Assembly: GCA_963775425.1 (NCBI GenBank)
Contig: CAVZJB010000016.1
Span: 1,056,001 to 1,120,000, forward strand
DNA from: an uncultured delta proteobacterium
GTDB lineage: Bacteria > Myxococcota > UBA727 > VGSZ01
Length of the DNA: 64,000 nt
Reading direction: 5' to 3'
Below, piece after piece: positions 1-9,386 of this stretch; position 1 is the stretch's first letter; each line of letters starts with the position of its first letter. The position numbers and the translations under genes were made by a program. The notes beneath the pieces were generated by a model. That model was not told where the DNA came from. It made no database searches and saw only the letters and a program-made list of their open reading frames with translations.

Positions 1-87
1 CGCCGCAGCCGTCGCGGGCGGCGTCGGGGGATCGGCGAGCGCAGCGGCGGACGCGAACGCGACGAGCGTGAGGGCGGCGAGGCGCAT
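1..87 (-). CDS. Secreted protein, N-terminal fragment (runs off the window edge)
   Basis: ATG at 87-85 gives MRLAALTLVAFASAAALADPPTPP, a Sec signal peptide followed by a Pro-rich linker. Confidence 0.55.
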   Translation of the reverse strand, partial: MRLAALTLVAFASAAALADPPTPPATAAA

Positions 88-153
88 GGTGCCCATTGCT
101 AGCACAGGCCCCGCGCGCCGGCCGCGGCGACGGGGCGCGGCGCGGGACGGGGC

Positions 154-906
154 TCAGCGGGCGCACGTCGACGGCGGGGCGATCATCCCCGGGACCGCCG
201 CGCGCAGGGCGTCGCCCGAGACGCTCCACGTCTCCACGGGCGCGCAGACGTCGAGCTCGTGCGGCACGGAGAAGTCGTGGACGAACGTCGCTCCCGACGA
301 CGTCACCACGCTGCGCGCCAGCGTGGCCGCGACGTCGGCGTCGCTGAAGCTGGCGTCGAGCGCTTCGAGCATCGGGCCGCAGTCGGGGTCGCCTTCGGCG
401 CGCAACTCGTCGATCGCGGCTTTGGCCCTGGCCGAGAGGAGCCCCGCCAGCGCAGGGCGCGACGCCGGCGGGAAGAACGCGGCGGCGTCGACGCGGGCGC
501 CGGTGCGCGCGTCGACGGCGGCGAGCACCGTGACGGCGTCCTCGTGGGCGTGTCGGTAGGCGACCTCGAGGTCGACGACGAAAAACGGCCCCGCGGCGCG
601 CACCGTCGTGGCGACGTCCTCGAGGCGGAAGGACGAGGCGCCGGCGCCGGTGGGCCACAGCCCGTCGAGGAGCGCCTCGGGGGCGAGCGTCTCCTTCGCG
701 CGCGCGAGCGCGGCGACGCCACGGGCGGAGCGCGCGTACGCCACCGGGAGCGCGACGGCGCCGTCGGCGTCGGCCCGCACGCGCTCGACGCGCAGCTCGA
801 GCCCGCACGCGCTCGCGCCGCCGCCGGCCGGGGGCGACGACGGGGCGCGGGGCGCGAGCGGGGCCGCCGCGGGGACGACGGCGGCGGCGAGGAGGAGCGG
901 GAGCAT
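154..906 (-). CDS. Secreted hypothetical protein (weak resemblance to DUF3298/RsiV-type domain)
   Basis: ORF 154..960; likely start MLPLLLAAAVV with signal peptide; follows tsaB on the same strand. Confidence 0.5.
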   Translation of the reverse strand: MLPLLLAAAVVPAAAPLAPRAPSSPPAGGGASACGLELRVERVRADADGAVALPVAYARSARGVAALARAKETLAPEALLDGLWPTGAGASSFRLEDVATTVRAAGPFFVVDLEVAYRHAHEDAVTVLAAVDARTGARVDAAAFFPPASRPALAGLLSARAKAAIDELRAEGDPDCGPMLEALDASFSDADVAATLARSVVTSSGATFVHDFSVPHELDVCAPVETWSVSGDALRAAVPGMIAPPSTCAR

Positions 907-969
907 GCCGGCCGAACCAGCGGCGGCGCCCCGTGATTTCCGGAGGGAGCGGCCGCGCACCTGCGCCGA

Positions 970-1704
970 TCACGGGAGCGTCGGGCGGCGCGCGCCGGGG
1001 TCGACGGCGGGGAGCTTGGCGTCGGGGGCCCGGCAGTAGTCGGGCACGAGGGAGTCGAGCTCGTCGACGACGCCCCCCGCGATGCGCGCCGCGAGCGCGC
1101 GCGCCAGGCCCTCGGCGGTGGGCCCGGGGACGCGAACGAGCGCGGCGCCCTCGACGTCATCGACGCCGTAACCCGCGACGAACGCCAAGGAGGCCGCCCG
1201 CGCCCGAGCGTCCGCGGGCGACACCGGCCGCGGCGGCTCCAGCGGGCGCACGCTCCACGGCCCGGGGTCGCTCGAGCCGCCGCCGGCGGGGCCCGCCTCG
1301 ACGAGCTGCGCGTAGACCTCGCCGCGCTTGGCGTCGACGACGACGAGGCCACGGCCGGCGGGGAGCGCGGCGCTGCAGGCGATCGCGACGAGCGTCGGGA
1401 CGCCCACGAGCGGGATGCCGCGGCCGAGGCAGAGGCCCTTGGCGGTGGCGATCCCGGTGCGCACGCCGATGAAGGATCCGGGGCCGACGCCGACGCCGAC
1501 GCCGGCAATCTCGTCGAGGCCGACCCCCGCCGCGAGCAGCGCGCGATCGATGGCGTCGACGAGGCCCTCGGCGTGTCGACGCGTCTCCGACAAGCGATGC
1601 TCCGCGAGCACGCCGGTGCCGCGCACCACACCGACCCCGGCGATGGGCGTCGCCGTGTCGAGCACGAGCCACGACGCGCCCGGCGACGACGCGACGCTGC
1701 TCAC
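970..1704 (-). CDS. tsaB: tRNA t6A biosynthesis protein TsaB
   Basis: Motifs LDTAT, HAE, GVGPGSFIGVRTG, DAKRGEVY, PDY; likely GTG start at 1704. Confidence 0.92.
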   Translation of the reverse strand: MSSVASSPGASWLVLDTATPIAGVGVVRGTGVLAEHRLSETRRHAEGLVDAIDRALLAAGVGLDEIAGVGVGVGPGSFIGVRTGIATAKGLCLGRGIPLVGVPTLVAIACSAALPAGRGLVVVDAKRGEVYAQLVEAGPAGGGSSDPGPWSVRPLEPPRPVSPADARARAASLAFVAGYGVDDVEGAALVRVPGPTAEGLARALAARIAGGVVDELDSLVPDYCRAPDAKLPAVDPGARRPTLP

Positions 1705-1789
1705 CGCTCCCCCACGACGCCCGCGCTCGCGTCTCCCGCAGCGACGGACGAGCCGCCGCGCCACGCGGAAGCCGCGCGCCCTCGATCGC

Positions 1790-3572
1790 TCACGCCGAGC
1801 GCCTCTTCCGTGCGCCCTTCTCGGTCTTCCGGCTGCGCCCGTGCGAGAGCATCTCCTCGGCGTGACGGCGCGTGGCCGTGGTGATCACCTTGCCGCCGAG
1901 CATGCGGGAGAGCTCCTCGACGCGCGCGCCGTCGGCGAGCTTCCGCACGCGGGAGACGGTGCGCCCCCCCTCGACGGCCTTCTCGGCCACGAGGTGGTGA
2001 TCGGCCTTGGCCGCGATCTGCGGCAGATGCGAGATGACCAGCACCTGTCGCCCCTCCGCGATCGCTTGCAGCTTCTCCGCGATGGCCTCGCCGACGGCGC
2101 CGCCGACGCCGGCGTCGACCTCGTCAAAGATGCTCACCGGCACCGGGTCCTTCACGAGCAGCGCGCGCTTCACCGCGAGCAGCACGCGCGACAGCTCGCC
2201 GCCCGACGCCACCTTGGCCAGCGACGCGAGCGCCTCGCCCTGGTTCGCCGAGAACAGCACCTCGACGCGGTCCGATCCGCGCGCCGTCAGCGCCACGCCG
2301 CCGCCGCCCGACACCGCCGCGCGCGACAAGAGCGCGTCCGCCGGCGCCGGCGCCGGCTCCACCCGCACCGCCAGCGACGCCGCAGGCATCCCCAACGCCG
2401 ACAGCTCCGCCTGCACCGCCTGCGCGAGCTTCTTGCCGGCCGCTTTGCGGCGCGCGCTCAGCTTGTCGGCGACGACGACGGCGCGCTCGAGGGCTGCGGC
2501 GAGCTCGACCTCGAGCTGGTCGATGCGCTCCGACGCTCCCTCGAGCGAGACGCGCTCCACGGCCAGCGCGTCCCGCGCGCGCAAGACGCCGGCGAGGTCT
2601 CCGCCGTGCTTCTTCATCAAGCGCTTCAGGGCGTCGAGGCGATCGTCCAGGGCCTGCAAGCGCTCGGGGTCCGCCTCGACGTCGTCGAGCCGCGACAGGG
2701 TGCGGCCGACGTCGTCCACGAGGGCGACGGCTTCTTCGAGCGAGCGGCACAGCGGCGAAAGCTCGACGTCGTCACGGGCCGCGCGCTGAAGCGCGGCGAG
2801 GCCCCGCTGGAGCACCGTCAGCGCGTCGCCCGCGCCGTCGGTGAGCAGGTCCTTCGCTTCCGCCACCGACGCGCGCAGCGACTCCGCGTTCTTGAGCTTG
2901 CGCTGCTCGGCGACGAGCTGCTCGTCCTCTCCCGCCACCGGCGCGAGCTGCTCAATCTCGTCGAGGTAGAAGCGGATGACGTCGAGCCGGCGCCCCTTCT
3001 CCGCGTTGCGCTCGCGCAGATCCTCGAGCTCGACGGCGAGCGCGCGCGCGCGGCCGTGCGCCGCCGCCATCTCTTCGAGGAGGGCCTCCTGGCCGCCGAA
3101 GGCGTCGAGCAACACCTCCTGCGCGCCCTGCCGCAGCAGCGCCTGGTGCGCGTGCTGCCCGGTGAAGTCCACCAACGGCTCGGCCACCGCCTTGAGCTGC
3201 GCCACGGTGGCGAGCGCGCCGTTCACGAACTGGCGGTGCCGCCCCTCGCGCGAGATCACGCGCCTGCAGCACGAGCGCTCCCTCGCCCGTGCGTGAGCGC
3301 TCCAGGGGCGGCAGGCCCGAGTCCTCGAGGATGCGCGCGACCTCCTTGAGGTCCGCGCCGGCGAGCTGGAGCTGCGCCTGCACCACGCCCTCGCTCGCGC
3401 CCTGCCGCACGCTGTCCGCCGACGCGCGCGCTCCGAGGAGGAGCAGGAGGGCCTCGACGAGGATGGACTTGCCCGCGCCGGTCTCTCCGGTGAGCACGGT
3501 CAGCCCGGGCTGCAGGGCGAGCTCGACATGGTCGATGAGCGCAATGTCCGTGACCGAGACGTGGACGAGCAT
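1790..3572 (-). CDS. recN: DNA repair protein RecN (split by a 1-nt insertion near 3266)
   Basis: Walker A LTGETGAGKS in ORF 2952..3572; ASGGELSR, FDEVDAGVGG and ISHLPQIAA in ORF 1790..3259; removing one base restores LVLRRVISREG. Confidence 0.92.
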
Positions 3573-3646
3573 GGCGGTGCTTCTCCCAGAAGAACATCCG
3601 CAAAACCAGCCGGGAATTTGCGAACGCGGATCCGCCGCGCGCGAAG

Positions 3647-3943
3647 GTGACGGGCGATCTGATCCATCGGGTACGCGCGCGGGACAACGGGCTCGGACGC
3701 CGCCCCGATGCTCAACGCTCGGGCTATCCGGAGCACGATCACGTAAAGGACGGCCAGGAGGAGGTCTACGCCGTCGTCGCCGGCGCCGCCCGCCTCGTCA
3801 TGGGGGACGAGGAGCTCTCGCGCACGGCGGGGACCCTCGTCCGCGTGCCGCCGCACGTGAAGCGCAAGTGGATCACCGGCGACGAGGGCGTCACGCTCCT
3901 CGCGGTCGGGGCTACGCCGGGCAAGCCCTACCCGGCGCCTTGA
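3647..3943 (+). CDS. Cupin-domain protein, N-terminus possibly eroded
   Basis: GYPEHDHxxDGQEEVY cupin motif 1 and GTLVRVPP motif 2. Confidence 0.65.
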   Translation: MTGDLIHRVRARDNGLGRRPDAQRSGYPEHDHVKDGQEEVYAVVAGAARLVMGDEELSRTAGTLVRVPPHVKRKWITGDEGVTLLAVGATPGKPYPAP

Positions 3944-4005
3944 GCCCCGCGCTCGAAGCGCGGCCACGGGTTGCGCGCGGGGCGGCCGTCCGTTCCACTG
4001 TCGCC

Positions 4006-6450
4006 GTGGCCCTGCCCATCGACGATGTCCTGCCGGAGCTCGTAGACGCGTTGCGCGGCTCGAGCGCCGCCGTGCTCCAGGCGCCCCCCGGGGCGGGCAA
4101 GACCACGCGCGTCCCGCTCGCGCTGCTCGACGTCGTCCCGCGCGGGCAGATGTGGTGCTCGAGCCGCGGCGCGTGGCGGCGCGGGCGGCGGCGCGGCAGC
4201 TCGCGAAGAACGCGGGGGCCAGGCTCGGCGAGCTCGTCGGCTACCAGGTGCGCTTCGAGAACGTCTCGTCGAAGAGCACGCGCGATCCTCGTCGTCACCG
4301 AGGGCATCCTCTCGCGCCGCTTCCTGCGCGACGCCACGCTCGACGGCATCTCCTGCGTCGTCCTCGACGAATTCCACGAGCGCTCGGTGCACACCAATCT
4401 CGCGCTCGCGTTCACCCGCGAGCTCCTCGAGGTGCGCGACGACCTCAAGCTCGTCGTGATGTCCGCGACGCTCGACGCCGCCGCCGTCGCCGAATACCTC
4501 GGTGCGGGCGAGAGCCCATGTCCGGTGATCACCAGCGCGGGGCGCCCGTTCCCCGTCGACGTCCGCCACGTCGACAAGCGCGACGAGCGTCCCCTCGACG
4601 AGCGAGTCGCCGGCGCGGTGCGCACGATGCTCAAGGACACCGCCACCGACGGCGGCGACGTGCTCGCGTTCCTCCCCGGCGCGCCCGAGATCCGCCGGGT
4701 GCACGAGCGCCTCGCGCAAGACGGCGGCCCCGCGGCCGGCTTCGACGTCGTCGACCTCTACGGCGCCCTGCCCCCGGCCGAGCAGGACCGCGCGCTCGCG
4801 CCTTCGGCCGGGCGGCGGCGCGTGATCCTGGCGACCAACGTCGCGGAGACGTCGGTCACCATCGACGGCGTCACCGGCGTCGTCGACAGCGGCCTCATGA
4901 AGCGCGCCGCCCACGACCCCGTCACCGATCGCGAGCGCCTCGAGACCGTGCGCATCTCCGTCGCCTCCGCCGATCAACGCGCGGGGCGCGCGGGGCGCAC
5001 GCGCCCGGGAAAGTGCCTGCGGCTGTGGACGCAGACGGAGCACACCACGCTCGAGGCTTCGCACGCGCCGGAGATCGCCCGCGTCGACCTCGCGCGCGTC
5101 CTCCTCGACGTGCTCGCGTTCCACCCGGGCGATCCGCGCGCCTTCCCCTTCTTCGAGGCGCCGTCGACGGCGCGCATCGAGCGCGCGCTCGACTTGTTGC
5201 GCATGCTCGGCGCCGTCGAGGGGCCGCGCGCGACAGCCGGGCCCGCCCCGGCACCGGGGGCACGCGAGGCGGGCGTCGACGTCAGGCTCACGGAGCGCGG
5301 GCGGGCGCTCGCGGCGCTGCCGCTGCACCCGCGCACGGGATCGATGCTGCTCGCGGGCGCCTTCGACGTCGAGGAGGTCTGCCGCGCGGCCGCGGTCCTC
5401 GAGGACGATCGCGCCTGGCCGCGCGAGCAAGCGCGCCACTCCACGGACTCCGACCTCCTCGCGCTCCTCGACGATCTCCCCCGGCACGCCCGCGGCGACG
5501 TCGAGCGCGGGGCCCGCGACCTCGCGCGCTTCGCCCGGGCGGGCACGCGCACGCTCACCGAGGCGCTGCTCGCCGGCTACCCCGATCGGCTCTGCCGCCG
5601 GCGGCGCCCCGGGCAACCGGAGGCGCTGATGACCGGCGGCCGCGGCGTCACGCTCGCGCGCGAGAGCGGCGTCGACGCCGACGTCTTCCTCGCGCTCGCC
5701 CTCGAGGGCACCGGCGCCGCCGCCCGCGTTCGCGTCGCCCACGCCGTGAAGCTCTCGGAGCTCGACGTCATCGTGCGCGACGAGGCCGTGTTCGACGAGG
5801 ACAAGCTCATCGGCGTACGCCGCACCTACGCAGGCGACCTCGTCGTCGACGAGAAGCGTGGTATCGCCGTCTCCGCCGCCGCCGCCGCCGCCGCGCTCGC
5901 GGAGCACGTCGCGCGCGACGTCGAGCGCTATGTGAAGCTCGACGACGCCCGCCTGCGCTTCGCCCGCCGCGCCATGCCGGAGGAGCCGTGGCCCGACGTC
6001 GACGTCGGCGCCCTCGTCGCCGAGGCGTGCGCGGGCAAGCGCACGCTCGCGGAGGTGCAGGCGGTGGACTTCGGCGCGCTCCTGTTGTCGAAGCTGCCGT
6101 GGGCGCAGCGCAAGCTCCTCGACGAGCAAGCGCCGCCGCGCCTCGAGGTGCCCACGGGCAACATGATCAGCGTCGACTACGGCGGCGCCGAGCCCGTGCT
6201 CGCCGTGCGTTTGCAGGAGCTGTTCGGCCTCACGGAGACCCCGCGCATCGCCAAGGGGCGCGTCCCGGTGGTGCTCCACCTGCTGTCACCGGGCCACAAG
6301 CCCGTCCAGGTCACCACGGATCTCGCGAGCTTCTGGCGGACGACGTATGCCGACGTGAAGAAGGAATTGCGCGCGCGCTACCCGAAGCACGCGTGGCCCG
6401 ACGACCCGCTGACGGCGCCGCCGACGGCGCGGGCGCGACGGAGGCGATGA
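4006..6450 (+). CDS. hrpB: ATP-dependent DEAH-box helicase HrpB (two compensating indels at about 4151 and 4284)
   Basis: LPIDDVL start, APPGAGKTT, DEFHERS, MSATL, LATNVAETS, QRAGRAGR, C-terminal YPKHAWPDDP; the EPRRVAAR..VGYQVRFE segment lies in another frame. Confidence 0.92.
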   Translation: MALPIDDVLPELVDALRGSSAAVLQAPPGAGKTTRVPLALLDVVPRGQMWCSSRGAWRRGRRRGSSRRTRGPGSASSSATRCASRTSRRRARAILVVTEGILSRRFLRDATLDGISCVVLDEFHERSVHTNLALAFTRELLEVRDDLKLVVMSATLDAAAVAEYLGAGESPCPVITSAGRPFPVDVRHVDKRDERPLDERVAGAVRTMLKDTATDGGDVLAFLPGAPEIRRVHERLAQDGGPAAGFDVVDLYGALPPAEQDRALAPSAGRRRVILATNVAETSVTIDGVTGVVDSGLMKRAAHDPVTDRERLETVRISVASADQRAGRAGRTRPGKCLRLWTQTEHTTLEASHAPEIARVDLARVLLDVLAFHPGDPRAFPFFEAPSTARIERALDLLRMLGAVEGPRATAGPAPAPGAREAGVDVRLTERGRALAALPLHPRTGSMLLAGAFDVEEVCRAAAVLEDDRAWPREQARHSTDSDLLALLDDLPRHARGDVERGARDLARFARAGTRTLTEALLAGYPDRLCRRRRPGQPEALMTGGRGVTLARESGVDADVFLALALEGTGAAARVRVAHAVKLSELDVIVRDEAVFDEDKLIGVRRTYAGDLVVDEKRGIAVSAAAAAAALAEHVARDVERYVKLDDARLRFARRAMPEEPWPDVDVGALVAEACAGKRTLAEVQAVDFGALLLSKLPWAQRKLLDEQAPPRLEVPTGNMISVDYGGAEPVLAVRLQELFGLTETPRIAKGRVPVVLHLLSPGHKPVQVTTDLASFWRTTYADVKKELRARYPKHAWPDDPLTAPPTARARRRR

Positions 6451-7139
6451 TGTGCGGCCGGTACAAGATCTCCACCAAGGCGCCGCAGATCATGGCGGCG
6501 TTCGACGTCGACGACGCCGACGACTACAGCCCGTCCGAGCGCTACAACGTCGCGCCCACGGACCCGGTGCCGTGCATCCGCGTCGAGGACGGCAAGCGCA
6601 AGCTCGTGCCGCTGCGCTGGGGCCTGTTGCCGTTTTGGGCGAAGTCCAGGTCCGAGGGCGCGCGCATGATCAACGCGCGCGTGGAGTCGGTGATGCAAAA
6701 GAACGCCTTCAAGGAGGCGTTCGAGAAGCGGCGCTGCCTCGTCGTCAGCGACGGCTTCTACGAGTGGCTCGGCAAGGGCAAGGAGAAGCAGCCGTACCTG
6801 CTGTGCTTCGAGGACCGCCACGTGTTCGCGTACGCGGGGCTGTGGGCGCGGTGGCGCTCCGCCGACCGCACGGAGACCATCGAGACGTGCTCGATCCTGA
6901 CGGCGCCGCCCAACGCCGTCGCCGCCCGCGTCCACGATCGCATGCCGATCATCCTCGACCCCGCGGTCGACGGGGAGCGCGTCGCCGCCTGGCTCGACGT
7001 CGAGCGCACCGTGGACCTCGAGGCGCTCGCGCAGCCGCGCGAGCTCCAAGGCTTCACGGCGTTCCCCGTCGACAAGCGCGTGGGCAACGTGAGGAACGAC
7101 GAGCCCTCGTTGGCCGAGCCCTTGCCCACGCTGCTGTGA
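6450..7139 (+). CDS. SOS response-associated peptidase (SRAP/HMCES abasic-site protecting protein)
   Basis: N-terminal MCGRY (catalytic Cys2), YNVAPT, WGL, INARVE, DGFYEW, HDRMP; start overlaps the hrpB stop. Confidence 0.93.
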   Translation: MCGRYKISTKAPQIMAAFDVDDADDYSPSERYNVAPTDPVPCIRVEDGKRKLVPLRWGLLPFWAKSRSEGARMINARVESVMQKNAFKEAFEKRRCLVVSDGFYEWLGKGKEKQPYLLCFEDRHVFAYAGLWARWRSADRTETIETCSILTAPPNAVAARVHDRMPIILDPAVDGERVAAWLDVERTVDLEALAQPRELQGFTAFPVDKRVGNVRNDEPSLAEPLPTLL

Positions 7140-7203
7140 CGGGGCCGCGCCCCCGCCGTCGCGCGCGGTTGGCGGCGTCGCCCGGGGCCGCTACACCGCC
7201 GCG

Positions 7204-8532
7204 GTGGATTTGTTCGAGCGCGCCGCCGAGACCGACCCCGCGGGCGTTCCGCTCGCGGAGCGCATGCGCCCGCGCTCACTCGACGAGGTCGTCGGCCAGC
7301 CGCACCTCGTCGGCGCCAACTCCTTCCTTCAGCGCGCCGTCAAGAGCGGGCGGCTGCCGTCCATCGTGCTGTGGGGGCCCCCCGGGACCGGCAAGACCAC
7401 CATCGCCGAAGCGCTCGCGCGCGACGTGAAGGGGCGGTTCGTGAAGATGTCGGCGGTGCTCGCCGGCATCAAGGACATCCGCGAGGCCATCGAGGAGGCC
7501 CGGCGCGCGCGCGCCGAGCGCCGCGAGCTCACGCTGCTGTTCATCGACGAGATCCACCGCTTCAACAAGGCGCAGCAAGACGCGCTCCTGCCCCACGTCG
7601 AAAAGGGCGTGGTCACGCTCGTCGGCGCCACCACCGAGAACCCGTCGTTCGAGGTGAACGCCGCCCTGCTCTCGCGCTGCCGGGTCCTCGTCACCAAGCC
7701 CATCCCCGCCGCCGACCTCTCCGCCCTCGCCGCCCGCGCCCTGAGCGACCCGCGCGGGCTCGCCGACCGCGGCCTCTCCCTCGACGACGTCGCCCGCCGC
7801 GTCCTCGTGCAGGCCGCGGGCGGCGACGCGCGGCGGCTGCTGACGTCCCTCGAGGTGGCCGCCGACATGGCCGACGCCGACCCGGAGGCGCGCAGCGACG
7901 GCGCGGTGACCATCGGGCGCGCGCACGTCGAGCAGGCCATCTCGCGCCGTGTGCTCCTCTATGACCAGGGCGGCGAGGAGCACTACAACGTCGTCAGCGC
8001 CTTCATCAAGAGCCTGCGCGGCTCGGACCCCGACGCCGCCATGCACTACATGACGCGCATGCTCGAGGCCGGCGAGGACCCCGTCTTCATCCTGCGCCGC
8101 CTCGTGATCTTCGCGTCCGAGGACATCGGCAGCGCCGACCCCATGGCGCTCGTCGTCGCGGTCAACGCGCTGCAGGCGTTTCAGCTCGTGGGGATGCCCG
8201 AGGGATTGCTGCCGCTCACGCAGGCCACCACGTATCTGGCGTCGGCGCCGAAGTCGAACGCGGTCCTCCTCGCCTACGACGCCGCTCGCAAAGACGTCCT
8301 CGCGCACGGGGCGTTGCCGGTGCCGCTCCACATCCGCAACGCGCCCACCAAGCTCATGGAGGGCATGGGCTACGGCGTCGAGTACAGATACCCGCACGAC
8401 TACGACGGCGCGTACGTCGTCGAGGACTACCTGCCGGAGAAGCTCAAGGGGCACCGCTACTACCAGCCCAAGGGCAACGGACACGAGGCGGTCATCAACG
8501 AGCGGCTCGAGCGGCTCCGCGGCAAGCCGTGA
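7204..8532 (+). CDS. rarA: Replication-associated recombination protein A (MgsA/RarA AAA+ ATPase)
   Basis: PLAERMRP, WGPPGTGKTT, DEIHRFNKAQQD, GATTENP, SAFIKSLRGSDPDAA. Confidence 0.95.
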   Translation: MDLFERAAETDPAGVPLAERMRPRSLDEVVGQPHLVGANSFLQRAVKSGRLPSIVLWGPPGTGKTTIAEALARDVKGRFVKMSAVLAGIKDIREAIEEARRARAERRELTLLFIDEIHRFNKAQQDALLPHVEKGVVTLVGATTENPSFEVNAALLSRCRVLVTKPIPAADLSALAARALSDPRGLADRGLSLDDVARRVLVQAAGGDARRLLTSLEVAADMADADPEARSDGAVTIGRAHVEQAISRRVLLYDQGGEEHYNVVSAFIKSLRGSDPDAAMHYMTRMLEAGEDPVFILRRLVIFASEDIGSADPMALVVAVNALQAFQLVGMPEGLLPLTQATTYLASAPKSNAVLLAYDAARKDVLAHGALPVPLHIRNAPTKLMEGMGYGVEYRYPHDYDGAYVVEDYLPEKLKGHRYYQPKGNGHEAVINERLERLRGKP

Positions 8533-8594
8533 GAATGAACTGACCGTCGCACCGCGCGTGCGGTATGGTCCCCGCGGCTTTTCGCGGAGGTCTC

Positions 8595-9305
8595 ATGGCT
8601 CGCCTCTTCGCTCTCGCGCTCGTCCTCGGCACAAGCGCCTGCGTCTCTTTCTTTCCGCAACACGCCATCGATCCGGGTCGCGGCGCCGCGCCGCTCGAGC
8701 CGGGCCGCGCGGACTCGCACGTCACCCTCGCGGGGGGCATCCCGGGCGGCCTCGGCGGCTTCGGCATCGAGGGCCAGGTGAGCGACGACATCGCCGCCGG
8801 CTTCGACATCCAAAGCGGCGCGCAGGACTCCTCCGCCGGCCTGATCGTCCCGTCCGGCAGCTACCTCACGCTGCAATACAACCCCTCGGGTTGGACCAGC
8901 ATCGCGGTGCGCGGCGCCGCCGGCATGGGCGTCGACGTGCTCCCCGGCGCGCCGGGCACGCCGGTGGCCCCCTGGCTCGGCGGCACCGCGGGCATCGTCA
9001 CGTCCGCCACGCTCGGCAGCCTCACGCCCTACCTCGGGCTCGACGTCGGCGCGCGCCGCTACGTCGGCGGCCCCGACAACGCCGTCACCAAGGTGAAGAA
9101 CATCAACGGCGTCGGCCTCATCGACAACCAGCTCTCGGGCAACGCCACGTTCGGTCTTCGCTTCGACGTCACGCACAGCTTCGCGGTGTACGGCTCCGGC
9201 AGCATCGCCGCGCTGCTGCTCACGCCCGACAGCGCCGGCCCCGAGACGGTCCCGCTCATCGAGCCCTCGGGCAACGGGCAGCTCGGCGTCTCCTGCACCT
9301 TCTGA
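8595..9305 (+). CDS. Putative outer-membrane lipoprotein / beta-barrel hypothetical
   Basis: GGAGG RBS, lipobox-like TSAC, Gly/aromatic alternating strands, terminal Phe. Confidence 0.65.
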   Translation: MARLFALALVLGTSACVSFFPQHAIDPGRGAAPLEPGRADSHVTLAGGIPGGLGGFGIEGQVSDDIAAGFDIQSGAQDSSAGLIVPSGSYLTLQYNPSGWTSIAVRGAAGMGVDVLPGAPGTPVAPWLGGTAGIVTSATLGSLTPYLGLDVGARRYVGGPDNAVTKVKNINGVGLIDNQLSGNATFGLRFDVTHSFAVYGSGSIAALLLTPDSAGPETVPLIEPSGNGQLGVSCTF

Positions 9306-9333
9306 GCTCCTCCACCTTCTGAGCTCCTGCACC
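9290..9333 (+). repeat. 17-bp tandem repeat (about 2.6 copies) spanning a stop codon
   Basis: ctcctgcaccttctgag / ctcctccaccttctgag / ctcctgcacc. Confidence 0.8.
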
Positions 9334-9386
9334 GAGCGGGGGGCGACGCGGTTGACGCGCCGCGGAGAACGCAGAAGACCGCCGGC

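Noticed and set aside
3260-4290. Programmed ribosomal frameshifting in recN or hrpB
   Set aside because: No slippery heptamer at the breakpoints; several unrelated indels in the window fit sequencing error better
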